Shown: positions 18,921-28,415 of the stretch, one piece after another
Layout of the letters: the number at the start of each line of letters is the position of its first letter
Position numbering within the stretch: the first letter of the stretch is position 1
Assembly: GCA_030650025.1 (NCBI GenBank)
Contig: JAUSEN010000009.1
Span: 93,144-157,143 of the forward strand
Direction of reading: 5' to 3'
DNA length: 64,000 nt
From: Candidatus Magasanikiibacteriota bacterium
GTDB taxonomy: Bacteria; Patescibacteriota; Patescibacteriia; Magasanikbacterales; GWA2-37-8
Made by a program: the position numbers and the translations under genes
Notes under the pieces: generated by a model
The model's database searches: none
What the model was told of the DNA's origin: nothing
Seen by the model: the letters and a program-made list of their open reading frames with translations, nothing else

Positions 18921-21298
18921 TGATCAATTTCTCTCAAGAACTTAACCCCGAACAACTTCGGGTCGTTACCGAGGGCGACGGCCCTTGTTTAGTTTTGGCC
19001 GGGGCCGGCTCGGGCAAAACCCGTACCATCACCTATCGCGTCGCGCATCTTCTAGAACAGGGAATAAAACCTGAAGAAATTCTCCTCGTTACCTTTACCA
19101 ACAAAGCCGCGGCCGAAATGAAACGGCGGGTAGAGCAAATTACAGCGTTGTCATCCCGAGCGGAGCCGAGGGATCCCTCCGCTCGCTCGCTACACTCGCT
19201 CGGTCGGGATGACAGTGTGGTTTTACCCTGGTCCGGCACGTTCCATTCGATCGGTTATCGGCTACTACGAATGTATGGTGGATTATTAGGTTATAAAAAT
19301 AATAATGCCCTGAACCGGAGCGGAGCGACTGGTTCGGGGTTTACGGTTTTAGACAGCGACGATTCAGAGTCGCTTATTAAACTTTGTATTAAAGACGTGA
19401 AAAGCGACGAAGCTGGGAAACGTTTTCCGTCCGCGGCGGTGGTAGCCGCGGTTATTAGTTTTAGCCGCAACGCCGAAATTTCTATTCAAGAAATTTTGGC
19501 CAAACGGTTTGAACAATGGCAAGCTTTCGAAAGTGAGATTTTAACAATTAGCAATTTATATATTGGCAAGAAAATGGCCGCGAATGCCCTGGACTTTGAC
19601 GATTTGCTCACTAAGACTCTCGCCCTTGTAAAAATGCCTCAAATCAAGCAAAAATATTCCGAGCAATTTAAGTATATTTTAGTGGACGAATACCAAGATA
19701 CTAATAGAATTCAGGCCGCGCTTATCAAAGAATTATCCGGCGTTCATAATAATGTGCTAGTGGTGGGGGACGATGCCCAGAGTATTTATAGCTTTCGCGC
19801 CGCGGATATCGAGAATATTTTAGGGTTTGAAAAAGAATACCCGGGAGCCAAAATTTTTAAACTTGAAACTAATTATCGCTCCACTAAACCAATTTTAGAC
19901 GTGGCGAATTCTGTTATCGAGAATAACGTTGACCAGTATCAGAAAAATTTACGAGTAGTCATAGACCCCCTCCTAAAAAGGAGGGGGCAGGGGGAGGTGT
20001 CGCCCTTACCAGTTCTTCAACCCGCTGTTGATTCCTCTGGCGAAGCCATGTTTATCGCCAATAAAATCGAGGATCTATTAAACAAAAAAACTGCGGCGCC
20101 CGAAATCGCGGTTTTATTCCGCGCCGCGTTTCACTCGCAGGCCTTAGAAGTTGAACTGGTGAGTAGAGGCATAGATTATGACTATCGTGGCGGCGTGCGC
20201 TTTTTTGAGCGCGCCCACGTGAAAGATATTTTGTGTTATCTCCGGATTTTTAATAATTTAGCGGACACGGCCGCGTGGCTACGCGTTCTGACGCACGAAG
20301 AAGGCATCGGCCCCGCGGCGGCGGAAAAAATTATTGAAGCGGTGCGCCCGCTGTCTGTCATCCCCGCGGAAGCGGGGATCCAAAACGTTGACACGGCAGA
20401 TTCCCGCTTACGCGGGAATGACAACGTTGATCAAGTCGAATCAATCGGCCGTTCCGTTCTCACCGGCCGCGCTCTTGGGGGTTTTGAAAATTTTTTACAA
20501 ATTTGGAATGTAATGTTGGGTTGTAGGGGCGCGGTTTCCGCGCCCCAGGGCGGGGCAACCCCGCCCCTACGCCCGCGACCAAATGAACTCGTGCTTGCGA
20601 TTTTAAAATCTCCATACCAAGAATATTTAGAATCCGAATACGTAGACAGCAAAGATCGTCAGCAAGATTTGCTCCAGCTCGCCGAGTTTGCCAAGCGCTT
20701 TGACAATTTAGAAGAATTTTTAGCTTCGGCCACGCTCCAAGAATCGTTTCGGACGATCGACACCTCCCCCAGCCCCTCCTTTGCTAAGGAGGGGGGCCGC
20801 GATTCCTCTCCCCTTAGCAAAGGGGAGGGCGACCCGCCCGAATCGCTACGCGAAGCGTTGCGGGCGGGGGGTGGGGTTTCGCATCGATCTAGAATCATTC
20901 TCTCCACCATCCACCAAGCCAAGGGCCTAGAGTGGGAGGCGGTGTTTGTGATGAATCTATCCGCCGGCGCTTTCCCCAACGACCGCGCCAGCCGCGAAGA
21001 TAAAGGGTTAGAAGAAGAGCGCCGGCTTTTTTACGTGGCAGTAACGCGCGCGAAAAAATATTTGTATTTAACCTACCCCATGGCGGGCGGCAGTTTTGGC
21101 GACTTTCTCTCTGGGCCAAGTATTTTTATTAACGAAATCAAGCCCGGCCTAGTTGAGGACCATTCGCTGTTGTTAAAAGGCTCTTCGGTTTTTAATTCTG
21201 GTGAATTAACATATGTCAGCGAAGAGGATGAGCCCTTTTCTAGTAAACCAATTAAAATTAAGCCCGGTAGTTTGCTTAGAAACATCGAAGATCTTTAA
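18920..21298 (+). CDS. uvrD: UvrD/PcrA-family ATP-dependent DNA helicase with five in-frame palindromic-element insertions
   Basis: A 792 aa ORF with Walker A AGAGSGKTRTIT, motif Ia WSGTFHSIGYRLL, motif II DEYQDTN and C-terminal VAVTRAKKYLYL. The insertion positions are listed as separate repeats. Confidence 0.9.
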   Translation: MINFSQELNPEQLRVVTEGDGPCLVLAGAGSGKTRTITYRVAHLLEQGIKPEEILLVTFTNKAAAEMKRRVEQITALSSRAEPRDPSARSLHSLGRDDSVVLPWSGTFHSIGYRLLRMYGGLLGYKNNNALNRSGATGSGFTVLDSDDSESLIKLCIKDVKSDEAGKRFPSAAVVAAVISFSRNAEISIQEILAKRFEQWQAFESEILTISNLYIGKKMAANALDFDDLLTKTLALVKMPQIKQKYSEQFKYILVDEYQDTNRIQAALIKELSGVHNNVLVVGDDAQSIYSFRAADIENILGFEKEYPGAKIFKLETNYRSTKPILDVANSVIENNVDQYQKNLRVVIDPLLKRRGQGEVSPLPVLQPAVDSSGEAMFIANKIEDLLNKKTAAPEIAVLFRAAFHSQALEVELVSRGIDYDYRGGVRFFERAHVKDILCYLRIFNNLADTAAWLRVLTHEEGIGPAAAEKIIEAVRPLSVIPAEAGIQNVDTADSRLRGNDNVDQVESIGRSVLTGRALGGFENFLQIWNVMLGCRGAVSAPQGGATPPLRPRPNELVLAILKSPYQEYLESEYVDSKDRQQDLLQLAEFAKRFDNLEEFLASATLQESFRTIDTSPSPSFAKEGGRDSSPLSKGEGDPPESLREALRAGGGVSHRSRIILSTIHQAKGLEWEAVFVMNLSAGAFPNDRASREDKGLEEERRLFYVAVTRAKKYLYLTYPMAGGSFGDFLSGPSIFINEIKPGLVEDHSLLLKGSSVFNSGELTYVSEEDEPFSSKPIKIKPGSLLRNIEDL
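19149..19214. repeat. TGTCAT...ATGACA element (66 nt) in frame within uvrD between motifs I and Ia
   Basis: tgtcatcccgagcg ... cgctcggtcgggatgaca forms terminal inverted repeats. It encodes about 22 extra residues (SSRAEPRDPSARSLHSLGRDDS) relative to UvrD homologues. Confidence 0.75.
19966..20005. repeat. mini GC-rich hairpin element (ccccctcctaaaaaggaggggg plus tail) in frame within uvrD
   Basis: It resembles the first hairpin and the 3' tail of the 115-nt tri-hairpin element. Confidence 0.6.
20356..20423. repeat. TGTCAT...ATGACA element, CCCGCG subtype (copy B3), in frame within uvrD
   Basis: tgtcatccccgcggaagcggggatc ... gattcccgcttacgcgggaatgaca has the same architecture as the intergenic copies at 6925 and 42756. 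Confidence 0.8.
20523..20570. repeat. GTAGGG...CCCTAC composite palindrome in frame within uvrD
   Basis: gtaggggcgcggtttccgcgcccc-agggcggggcaaccccgcccctac shows nested hairpins. Its ends match the intergenic palindromes at 8123 and 30770. Confidence 0.7.
20764..20882. repeat. GC-rich tri-hairpin element copy C2, in frame within uvrD
   Basis: Near-identical to the copy at 16211..16332 in tgt and in the same plus-strand orientation. It is therefore translated in the forward frame here and in the reverse-complement frame in tgt. Confidence 0.85.
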
Positions 21299-21465
21299 AT
21301 TACTTATTTTAGAAACCCTAAAATAGGCAGCACGGAAGTTAAATATATTTATAAAATTTTTTTAGTTTATATACCACCTGTATCCGGGTGGTTTTTTTGT
21401 TAACGACCCCCGCCAAAGGCGGAGTGTCAGTTAACAAACCGCCTCTAGCGGATCTCTCCACTCTC

Positions 21466-21495
21466 TTGACGTTTCTGTCTATATTATGATATTAT
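21466..21495 (+). promoter_or_regulatory. promoter TTGACG-18-TATTAT upstream of GC-rich island 1
   Basis: An AT-rich native-style promoter followed by a GC-rich leader and an SD-bearing ORF. Confidence 0.45.
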
Positions 21496-21593
21496 ACTTT
21501 GTTTTTCGTGGGGCATCTTGCCTCTCGGAAGCCCGGGCGCGACCCCGGTAAAAATCGCGTAACCGCCAACGACGTCTTTTTTCGGAGGAATTC

Positions 21594-22019
21594 ATGAGCC
21601 CCATCACCCGCACCACCCTGGTGTTCGTCATCGGGCTCCTCGCGGGCCTGCCGCTCGGCCACCTCCGCCAGGAGGTTGCGGATCTCCGCCAGGTGGCGGA
21701 GCTCGAGCGCTTCGTCGCGGCCCATCACAATTTCGTCGTGGCCCATCACAATACGGTCGACACGCTTCTCGACTCGGCCATGCACTGCACGGAGAACTTA
21801 CTCGTGCTGGGGTACTCCACGGTGCATGTCTCCGACTCCTGCCAACGAGAGATCGCCGCGCAGATCCCACGGGCAACGTGGCTGGTCAGCGCGGTGGACA
21901 GCTGCGCTTCGGAGGAGGATGGCGAGGACTCGTCCTTCGACCCGCAGGTCGTCCCGAACGACGAACTGCGCCGGAACTCCACCCGCATCATCCCCATCCC
22001 GAGCCGCTGGCCGCGCTGA
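21594..22019 (+). CDS. hypothetical membrane-anchored protein (high-GC island 1)
   Basis: A 141 aa ORF with about 68% GC, a strong SD (GGAGGAATTCATG) and an N-terminal TM helix. Confidence 0.5.
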   Translation: MSPITRTTLVFVIGLLAGLPLGHLRQEVADLRQVAELERFVAAHHNFVVAHHNTVDTLLDSAMHCTENLLVLGYSTVHVSDSCQREIAAQIPRATWLVSAVDSCASEEDGEDSSFDPQVVPNDELRRNSTRIIPIPSRWPR

Positions 22020-22032
22020 GGAGGCGCACAAG

Positions 22033-22182
22033 ATGGAACTTGTTTTCGCGCTCGTCGTGCTCTACCTGCTGGGGAGGTTCGGTGCCACGATCTTCATCGG
22101 GGGGATGAAGATCGTGTTCTACATCTTCCTCGGCCTCGTGGCCCTGACCATCCTCGGCGCCATCGCCGCCCTGCCGCGCTAG
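22033..22182 (+). CDS. small hydrophobic protein, 49 aa (high-GC island 1)
   Basis: SD GAGGAGG is 7 nt upstream of the ATG. The product has two predicted TM helices. Confidence 0.45.
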   Translation: MELVFALVVLYLLGRFGATIFIGGMKIVFYIFLGLVALTILGAIAALPR

Positions 22183-22240
22183 ACTCGGAATCTAGCGCGC
22201 AAGTCGTACGGATATGCTCTGGCGGTGTTCTCAAAAACCA

Positions 22241-22297
22241 CCCGATCATGTCCCAGTCAACGCAAGTATTTGTGTTGAGTGGGATCGGGTGGTTTTT
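22241..22297 (+). terminator. hairpin plus T-tract terminator (ccacccgatc...gatcgggtgg ttttt)
   Basis: A long inverted repeat followed by TTTTT. Confidence 0.55.
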
Positions 22298-22323
22298 AAA
22301 CCCGGTTATTTAGGAGGAGAGAA

Positions 22324-22662
22324 ATGATCCGCGCGAAGTTTTTGGTCGTAGACGACGACCCGGATAACAGGGAGGTCGTCGCCAGTGTCCTTAGGGACAA
22401 GGGCTTCGAAGTAGATGAGGCGTTGTGCGCGCAGGACGCGCTCACCCTGCTCGGGCAGGTGGAGTATGACGTCCTGATCACGGACGTCGACATGCCGGGC
22501 ATGAGCGGCCTCGAGTTGGTGCGCCTGGTGCGCGCCAAGCCGGAAAGCCCCTACGCGGTTGTGATGTCCGGCCGGGCCATGGCTCAGTTGGCCGCAGCTG
22601 CCGGAGCCGAGGAGTTCTTCGAGAAGCCGTTCGACCTCGAAGAGTTTCTCGCCGTGTTCTAA
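22324..22662 (+). CDS. stand-alone response-regulator receiver domain (CheY-like), high GC
   Basis: A 112 aa ORF with the acidic pocket VVDDD, the phospho-acceptor Asp in LITDVDMPGMSG and a conserved Lys in EKPFD. SD AGGAGGAGAGAAATG. Confidence 0.8.
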   Translation: MIRAKFLVVDDDPDNREVVASVLRDKGFEVDEALCAQDALTLLGQVEYDVLITDVDMPGMSGLELVRLVRAKPESPYAVVMSGRAMAQLAAAAGAEEFFEKPFDLEEFLAVF

Positions 22663-22832
22663 CAGCCGCGTTCAGTTAGCCTCTGCCTACACACCGCGCC
22701 ACCGTGTCCCGCCAGGCGGGATCCTTCCAAAGACGCTCCTGGCGTCAACTCCGGGCCAGGAGTTATTTCTGGAAGAATTCGCGTCGGTAGCAGGTGGCCT
22801 ACCCGGCCGACGCATTTTTCCTCTAGTCACGA

Positions 22833-22900
22833 AAACCACCCCGTCGCTATCTCAATGGCAATAAGTTATTTACTGCTAGCGAGATGGGGTGGTTTTTTGT
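22833..22900 (+). terminator. terminator hairpin aaaccaccccgtcgc...gcgagatggggtggtttttt at the end of island 1
   Basis: An imperfect long stem plus a T-tract. The GGGTGGTTTTT tail motif is shared with the hairpins at 21369 and 22241. Confidence 0.6.
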
Positions 22901-22905
22901 TTCTC

Positions 22906-22934
22906 TTGACAATTTCTCCGCTTTCTAATATAAT
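22906..22934 (+). promoter_or_regulatory. perfect consensus promoter TTGACA-17-TATAAT of the str operon
   Basis: Exact hexamers 70 nt upstream of the rpsL ATG. Confidence 0.75.
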
Positions 22935-23006
22935 CTTCGCAGAACGTGAAACAGAACCAATCTCGTGGCTGAGACAATTCGTTTCAGTTTTATTTTTTTA
23001 AAAACT

Positions 23007-23441
23007 ATGCCCACAATTAGTCAGCTTATCAAACGACCCCGCAAAGCTAAACAGCGCAAAACCAAAACTCCGGCTTTACAATTTACCATCGACAACCTCC
23101 ACCGCCGCGTTACGCCTTTTAGGAAAGGGGCGGCTTTTAAGCGTGGTGTTTGTACCAAGGTGTATACCACCACTCCCAAAAAACCAAACTCCGCGCTCCG
23201 TAAAGTGGCCAAGGTCCGCCTAAGTAACGGCACCGAAGTTATCGCCTATATTCCGGGCGAAGGCCACAACCTCCAAGAGCACTCCATTGTGCTTATTCGC
23301 GGCGGCCGGGTGAAGGATTTACCAGGGGTGCGCTACCACATTGTGCGGGGCGTTTACGACGCCCAAGGAGTCGCGAATCGTCGCCGCGGCCGTAGCCTTT
23401 ACGGCAACAAGCGCCCGAAAGAGGCGAAAGCTAAGAAATAA
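23007..23441 (+). CDS. rpsL: 30S ribosomal protein S12
   Basis: [13 protein letters not shown] is the canonical S12 start. The track ORF begins 42 nt earlier. Confidence 0.95.
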   Translation: MPTISQLIKRPRKAKQRKTKTPALQFTIDNLHRRVTPFRKGAAFKRGVCTKVYTTTPKKPNSALRKVAKVRLSNGTEVIAYIPGEGHNLQEHSIVLIRGGRVKDLPGVRYHIVRGVYDAQGVANRRRGRSLYGNKRPKEAKAKK

Positions 23442-23474
23442 TGCGCCTCTTCGGCGCATCCGCCGACGAGGCGG
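23441..23474. repeat. double-hairpin repeat atgcgcctcttcggcgcatccgccgacgaggcgg (copy G1)
   Basis: The sequence is 33/34 identical to the sequence after the rpsJ stop (31281..31314). Confidence 0.8.
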
Positions 23475-23508
23475 ATTTATTCTAAGCATTTGTTTGAAAA
23501 TTTATCAT

Positions 23509-23988
23509 ATGCGTGGAAAATCTCCCAAAAAACGTGTTATCTTGCCTGATCCTAAATTTGGCAGTACAAACTTGGCCAAGTTTATTAACTATGTCATGGA
23601 ACGCGGTAAAAAAACTGTGGCCCAGTCGATTGTTTACAAAGCGCTCGATATTATTAAAATTCAAAACAAAGTCGCTGATGCGGTTAAAACTTTTGATGAA
23701 GCCCTGCGCAATGTTATGCCTCAAGTAGAAGTGCGCTCGCGGCGCGTGGGCGGCGCTAATTATCAAGTGCCTTTGCCGGTGCGCGGCGAACGCCAATTTT
23801 CGCTGGCTTCGCGCTGGATTATCGGCGCGGCGCGCGCTAAAAAAGGCCTGCCCATGCACAAAAAGCTTGCCACTGTGTTATTTGAAGCCAGCCAAAACCT
23901 CGGCGATGCCATCAAAAAACGCGACGAGGTGCACCGCATGGCCGAAGCTAACAAAGCCTTCGCGCATTTTGCCCGCTTTGCTAAGTAA
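23509..23988 (+). CDS. rpsG: 30S ribosomal protein S7
   Basis: MRGKSPKKRVILPDPKF is the canonical S7 start. Confidence 0.95.
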   Translation: MRGKSPKKRVILPDPKFGSTNLAKFINYVMERGKKTVAQSIVYKALDIIKIQNKVADAVKTFDEALRNVMPQVEVRSRRVGGANYQVPLPVRGERQFSLASRWIIGAARAKKGLPMHKKLATVLFEASQNLGDAIKKRDEVHRMAEANKAFAHFARFAK

Positions 23989-24019
23989 AACACAAAATAA
24001 ATCTGTTTAAATCTTTGTT

Positions 24020-26125
24020 ATGCCTCGAGAATATTCCCTAGAAAAAACTCGTAACATCGGCATCGCGGCGCACATTGACGCCGGCAAAACCACCACCACC
24101 GAGCGTATTTTATTTTACACCGGCAAGAAGCATAAAATCGGCGAGGTGCACGAAGGCGAAGCCACCATGGACTGGATGGAACAAGAAAAAGAACGTGGCA
24201 TCACTATAACTTCCGCCGCGACCACCTGTTTTTGGAAGGGCCACCGCATTAACATTATTGACACCCCGGGCCACGTGGATTTTACCGTGGAAGTAGAAAG
24301 ATCTCTGCGCGTCCTTGATGGTGCCGTGGCTGTATTCGATGGCTCTCAAGGCGTGGAGCCCCAAAGCGAAACTGTTTGGCACCAGGCCGACAAGTATAAT
24401 GTCCCGCGCGTTTGTTTTATTAACAAGATGGACAAGCTCGGCGCGGATTTTTTTATGTCGCTTAATTCTATTTTAGAACGCTTGTCGGTAAACGCGCGCG
24501 CGGTCCAGCTCCCGATTGGCGCGGACAGTACTTTTTCTGGTCTAGTAGATTTGATTGAGAAAAAAGCCATGAAGTTTGAGGGCGACAAGGGTCAAAATAT
24601 TATTGATATCCCGATTCCTGAAGATATGTTGGCCCAAGTTGAAGAATATCGCGCTAAGCTGGTTGAGAAAGTCTCTGAAGCTAACGACGAACTGATGGGC
24701 AAATTTTTAGAAGGCAAAGAATTAACCGTGGCCGAAATTAAAGCCGGCATCCGCCAGATGGTTATTAAAGGCGAACTCTACCCAGTCTTGTGTGGGTCAG
24801 CTCTCGGTAACATTGGCGTCCAGCCCATGCTCGATTCAGTCGTAGATTTTTTGCCCGCTCCCACCGATGTCCCCGAGCTCAAAGGCATTAACCCAGATAC
24901 GGATGAACCTGCCGTGCGCCACCCCAGTGACTCCGAACCATTTTCGGCGCTCGCTTTCAAAATCGCGACCGACCCGTTTGTGGGCAAACTTATTTTCTTC
25001 CGCGTTTACTCGGGCGTAGTTTCGGCCGGTACTTATGTTTATAACGCGAGCAATGGCAAGAAAGAACGCCTCGGACGCATTGTCCGCATGCACGCCAATA
25101 ACCGCGAAGATGTCACCGAAGTTTACGCCGGGGAGATTGCCGCCGCGATTGGCCTTAAAGAGGTAAAAACCGGGGACACTTTGTGCGACGAAAACAGCCC
25201 GATTATTCTAGAGCGTCCCACTTTTGCCGAGCCGGTTATCTCGATGGCGATTGAGCCTAAGACCAAGCAAGATCAAGAAAAAATCGGCCTGGCCATGCAA
25301 AAATTGGCCGAAGAAGACCCCACCTTCCGCGTCTCGACCGACTCCGAAACTCTGCAGACCATTATTTCGGGCATGGGGGAGTTGCATTTAGATATCATCG
25401 TGGATCGCATGAAGCGCGAATTTAAAGTAGAAGCCAATGTGGGCGCGCCGCAAGTCGCTTACAAAGAAACTATCAAGAGTAGCGCCGAAGCCGAAGGCAA
25501 GTATGTCAAACAGTCGGGCGGTAAAGGCCAGTATGGCCACTGTTGGCTACGCGTGGAACCGGCCGATATGGTTGATGAGGACGTCAAGAAAGAAGTTGCC
25601 AAAAACGGCTTCCAATTTGTGGACGAAATTAAAGGTGGTGTGATTCCGCGCGAATTTATTCCCGCTATTCAAAAAGGTGTCAAAGAAAGCGTCTCGCGCG
25701 GTATTCAAGCTGGCTACCCGGTCGTGGATGTTAAAGTCACGGTCTACGACGGTTCTTACCACGAAGTTGACTCCAGCGAAATTGCTTTCAAAATGGCCAG
25801 CTCGTTTGCGTTTCAAGATGGTTGCAAAAAAGCTAAGCCCGTAATACTCGAGCCCATCATGAAGATCGAAGTTGTCACCCCGGAAAACTTTATGGGCGAT
25901 GTGATTGGTGACTTAAATAGTAAGCGCGGCCAAATTTTAGAAATGACTGATCGCGGCCAAATGAAAGTTGTAAAAGCCATGGTGCCGCTCGCCAGCATGT
26001 TTGGCTACGTTACTTCGCTCCGTTCTATGTCCCAAGGCCGGGCCTCTTCCAGCATGGAATTCGACCACTACGCCGATGTGCCGAACAACGTGGCGCAAAC
26101 AATAATTGAAGGGAAGAAGAAATAG
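24020..26125 (+). CDS. fusA: elongation factor G
   Basis: A 701 aa ORF with [20 protein letters not shown] and NKMD motifs. Confidence 0.95.
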   Translation: MPREYSLEKTRNIGIAAHIDAGKTTTTERILFYTGKKHKIGEVHEGEATMDWMEQEKERGITITSAATTCFWKGHRINIIDTPGHVDFTVEVERSLRVLDGAVAVFDGSQGVEPQSETVWHQADKYNVPRVCFINKMDKLGADFFMSLNSILERLSVNARAVQLPIGADSTFSGLVDLIEKKAMKFEGDKGQNIIDIPIPEDMLAQVEEYRAKLVEKVSEANDELMGKFLEGKELTVAEIKAGIRQMVIKGELYPVLCGSALGNIGVQPMLDSVVDFLPAPTDVPELKGINPDTDEPAVRHPSDSEPFSALAFKIATDPFVGKLIFFRVYSGVVSAGTYVYNASNGKKERLGRIVRMHANNREDVTEVYAGEIAAAIGLKEVKTGDTLCDENSPIILERPTFAEPVISMAIEPKTKQDQEKIGLAMQKLAEEDPTFRVSTDSETLQTIISGMGELHLDIIVDRMKREFKVEANVGAPQVAYKETIKSSAEAEGKYVKQSGGKGQYGHCWLRVEPADMVDEDVKKEVAKNGFQFVDEIKGGVIPREFIPAIQKGVKESVSRGIQAGYPVVDVKVTVYDGSYHEVDSSEIAFKMASSFAFQDGCKKAKPVILEPIMKIEVVTPENFMGDVIGDLNSKRGQILEMTDRGQMKVVKAMVPLASMFGYVTSLRSMSQGRASSSMEFDHYADVPNNVAQTIIEGKKK

Positions 26126-26391
26126 AGTTGTGGATAAGAGTTTGACAGGTAACAAATTTTGTTTTACCCTATAATTTAGGTATCAAGTCGCGTTCTGTAT
26201 TGGCATAATTTATTCTCCGCCACTAAAATAATTCTCTTTAAAAAAGAGGATTATTTTTTTATTGCGCTGGCACTGCGAAGCTTTAGCGAAGCAGTGTGTA
26301 TAGCTTTTTATACAACCTTGCTTTTTTTTTGCAACTTGATAGACTTATTTGAGAGCGGCCCAGTAAGCCGCACAATGAAAGGAGGTTGCCC

Positions 26392-26529
26392 ATGCGGACC
26401 TCACCGACCACGTCCCGCAGCACCGGCTCCCCGCCCGTCACCGCCACCACCGAGCCGAAGACCGAGAAGAAGGCCCCCCCGAAGCGCGCGACGAAGACCA
26501 CCACCGGCGGCATCACCAAGGCGAACTAG
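26392..26529 (+). CDS. small Thr/Lys/Pro-rich ORF (45 aa) with strong SD, high-GC island 2
   Basis: GAAAGGAGG lies 7 nt upstream of the ATG and terminator hairpins follow. It falls below the ORF-track cutoff. Confidence 0.35.
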   Translation: MRTSPTTSRSTGSPPVTATTEPKTEKKAPPKRATKTTTGGITKAN

Positions 26530-26555
26530 CTCCCGCACGGGAGCATCACCCCACA

Positions 26556-26582
26556 CCCCCGACCGCCCAGCGCGGTCGGGGG
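26556..26582 (+). terminator. GC hairpin cccccgaccgc-ccag-cgcggtcggggg
   Basis: An 11-bp stem. Confidence 0.5.
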
Positions 26583-26676
26583 TCGTGGCTAAAATTCAAA
26601 ACCCTCAATCTCCTGTTAGCCACAAATTCTTGCGGCCAGCAGGAGGGTTTTGAAAAGAATTCTCTATAAAAACAAT

Positions 26677-26710
26677 CCCCCGAGCATAGTCGAGGGGGGT
26701 TGTTTTTTTG
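26677..26710 (+). terminator. hairpin cccccgagcatagtcgagggggg plus TTGTTTTTTTG
   Basis: A G/C-clamped stem followed by a T-run. Confidence 0.55.
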
Positions 26711-26720
26711 TTTTAAATGC

Positions 26721-26749
26721 TTGACTGTTTAATATCTGCACGTTACGAT
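26721..26749 (+). promoter_or_regulatory. promoter TTGACT-17-TACGAT upstream of the desaturase
   Basis: Correct spacing, with SD AAGGAGAG 25 nt downstream. Confidence 0.5.
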
Positions 26750-26780
26750 TAAGATGGATAAAACAACCAAGGAGAGTGCC

Positions 26781-27659
26781 ATGCCCACGACCAACGCTGG
26801 TTCCAACCCGCCCCGCCCCGCCCGTCTGCCCCGCCAGCCCGATGAGAACCTCCGTGTCGTTGGCGCCTTGCCGTTCTTCACCATCCACCTCGCCGTTATC
26901 TTCGGCGTCTTCCTGGTGGACTTCTCGTGGAAGGCGGCGATCTTGTGCGCCGTGGCGTACTACGTGCGCATGTGGGGAATCGCCGCCGGATTCCACCGAT
27001 ATTTGGCGCACCGTAGCTTCAAAACGTCTAGAGCCTTCCAGTTCTTCTTGGCCTTGCTCGGAACCATGGCCGCGCAGCGCGGCCCGCTCTGGTGGCTTGG
27101 GAAGCACCGCGAGCATCACCGCAACACGGATACGCCGCTCGATGTGCACTCGCCTTCGGTCCAGGGGTTTTGGTGGGCGCACATGTTGTGGTTCTTGTGC
27201 GCCAAGCACGACGGTACGGCGGACAAGATCAAGGCCGAATTTCAGGCTTACCCGGAAATCGGGTGGCTCGACCGGAACTATCTCATTCCGCCGCTCGCCC
27301 TCGCCCTCGCTCTCCTCGCCGTGTGGGGCCTCCCCGGCCTCTTCTGGGGGTTCTTCGCCTCCACCGTGCTCTTGTGGCACGGAACCTTTACGGTGAACTC
27401 CGTGATGCACCTCGAGAGCGTTGGCCAGCGGCGCTACCCGACACCGGATACCAGTCGCAACGTCTGGTGGCTCTGGCTCGTCACCCTCGGCGAGAATTGG
27501 CACAACAACCACCACCACTACCAGGGTGCCGAGAGCCAGGGCTTTTTCTGGTGGGAGGTGGATCTCGCCCACTACGGCCTCAAGGTCTTGTCGTGGTTCG
27601 GCTTGGTGTGGGATATCAAGAAGCCCACGCCCGCGGCCCTCGCCCCGCCGACTGCGTAG
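26781..27659 (+). CDS. membrane acyl-CoA/acyl-lipid fatty-acid desaturase (delta-9, DesA3/stearoyl-CoA desaturase family)
   Basis: Three histidine boxes are present: HRYLAHRS, HREHHR and HNNHHHY, with TM segments between them. The region is about 66% GC. An alternative start is at 26754. Confidence 0.85.
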   Translation: MPTTNAGSNPPRPARLPRQPDENLRVVGALPFFTIHLAVIFGVFLVDFSWKAAILCAVAYYVRMWGIAAGFHRYLAHRSFKTSRAFQFFLALLGTMAAQRGPLWWLGKHREHHRNTDTPLDVHSPSVQGFWWAHMLWFLCAKHDGTADKIKAEFQAYPEIGWLDRNYLIPPLALALALLAVWGLPGLFWGFFASTVLLWHGTFTVNSVMHLESVGQRRYPTPDTSRNVWWLWLVTLGENWHNNHHHYQGAESQGFFWWEVDLAHYGLKVLSWFGLVWDIKKPTPAALAPPTA

Positions 27660-27960
27660 CGGCCACCAGCGCTAATCATTATGCCCCTACCCTTGGCTTC
27701 AGCGGGCAGGAGGCTTCACAAGGTCTCCTCGCTCGTTATAACGGAAAAAATTTTTCGCTATAACGAGGGAGATCTTGGAGAAAATAAATAAGATAAATCG
27801 CCCCGACGTTATGCCGGAGCGGTTTTGTTTTTATATCGGATTTTATATCGATATCTTGACTTTTAGCAATTTTTATGATATTATCTTTTTCAACCACGTG
27901 GCAGTTTGGCTCCGGATCTACCGGCGCTAACCCGCCCCTCAACCCTCTTGAGAGGGAAAC

Positions 27961-28158
27961 ATGACGCGTTCCGATCGCCATCGCATCGAGGAGGCCCGCA
28001 CGGGCCGCGACCAGCCGCGCGCCGCGGCCACCACCCTGGGCAGTTCGCCTGACGCCGAACCGGGCGGCTCCACACCCCGTGGCACGAAGCCCGGCTTCAA
28101 GCTCGTGAAGCGCGGCACCCGCCGCACCGACCGGCGCCCGGGGGGAGGCTGCTTCTAG
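27961..28158 (+). CDS. small basic Arg-rich ORF (65 aa), high-GC island 2
   Basis: The product MTRSDRHRIEEARTGRDQPR is preceded by the hairpin ccctcttgagaggg. Coding status is uncertain. Confidence 0.3.
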   Translation: MTRSDRHRIEEARTGRDQPRAAATTLGSSPDAEPGGSTPRGTKPGFKLVKRGTRRTDRRPGGGCF

Positions 28159-28415
28159 CGGCCACCCCTGCCGCCCCTCCGCGAAGGAACCACCGGGGCG
28201 CCCAGTCATTCGACTGGGCGCCCCAAAACTAAAAATTAATTCCCTGCTTGTCTTAATTAAGATGAGCGGGGATTTTTTATTCGGGGATTACTTAGCCTGT
28301 TATTTAGTCCTTGCGTTTTTTTATAATTTGTATTAGTATGGTTCTCATTGTCGTGCCATCTTGCCCGCACTTTCGCGGGCCGATTGGCCGATTCGCCTCT
28401 GAAAGGAGGCTTCCC

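Noticed and set aside
26664-27763. Long ORFs antisense to or overlapping the desaturase (302 aa minus strand, 223 aa and 206 aa plus strand)
   Set aside because: The 66% GC content suppresses stop codons in all frames. These ORFs have no motifs, whereas the 26781..27659 frame carries all three desaturase histidine boxes.
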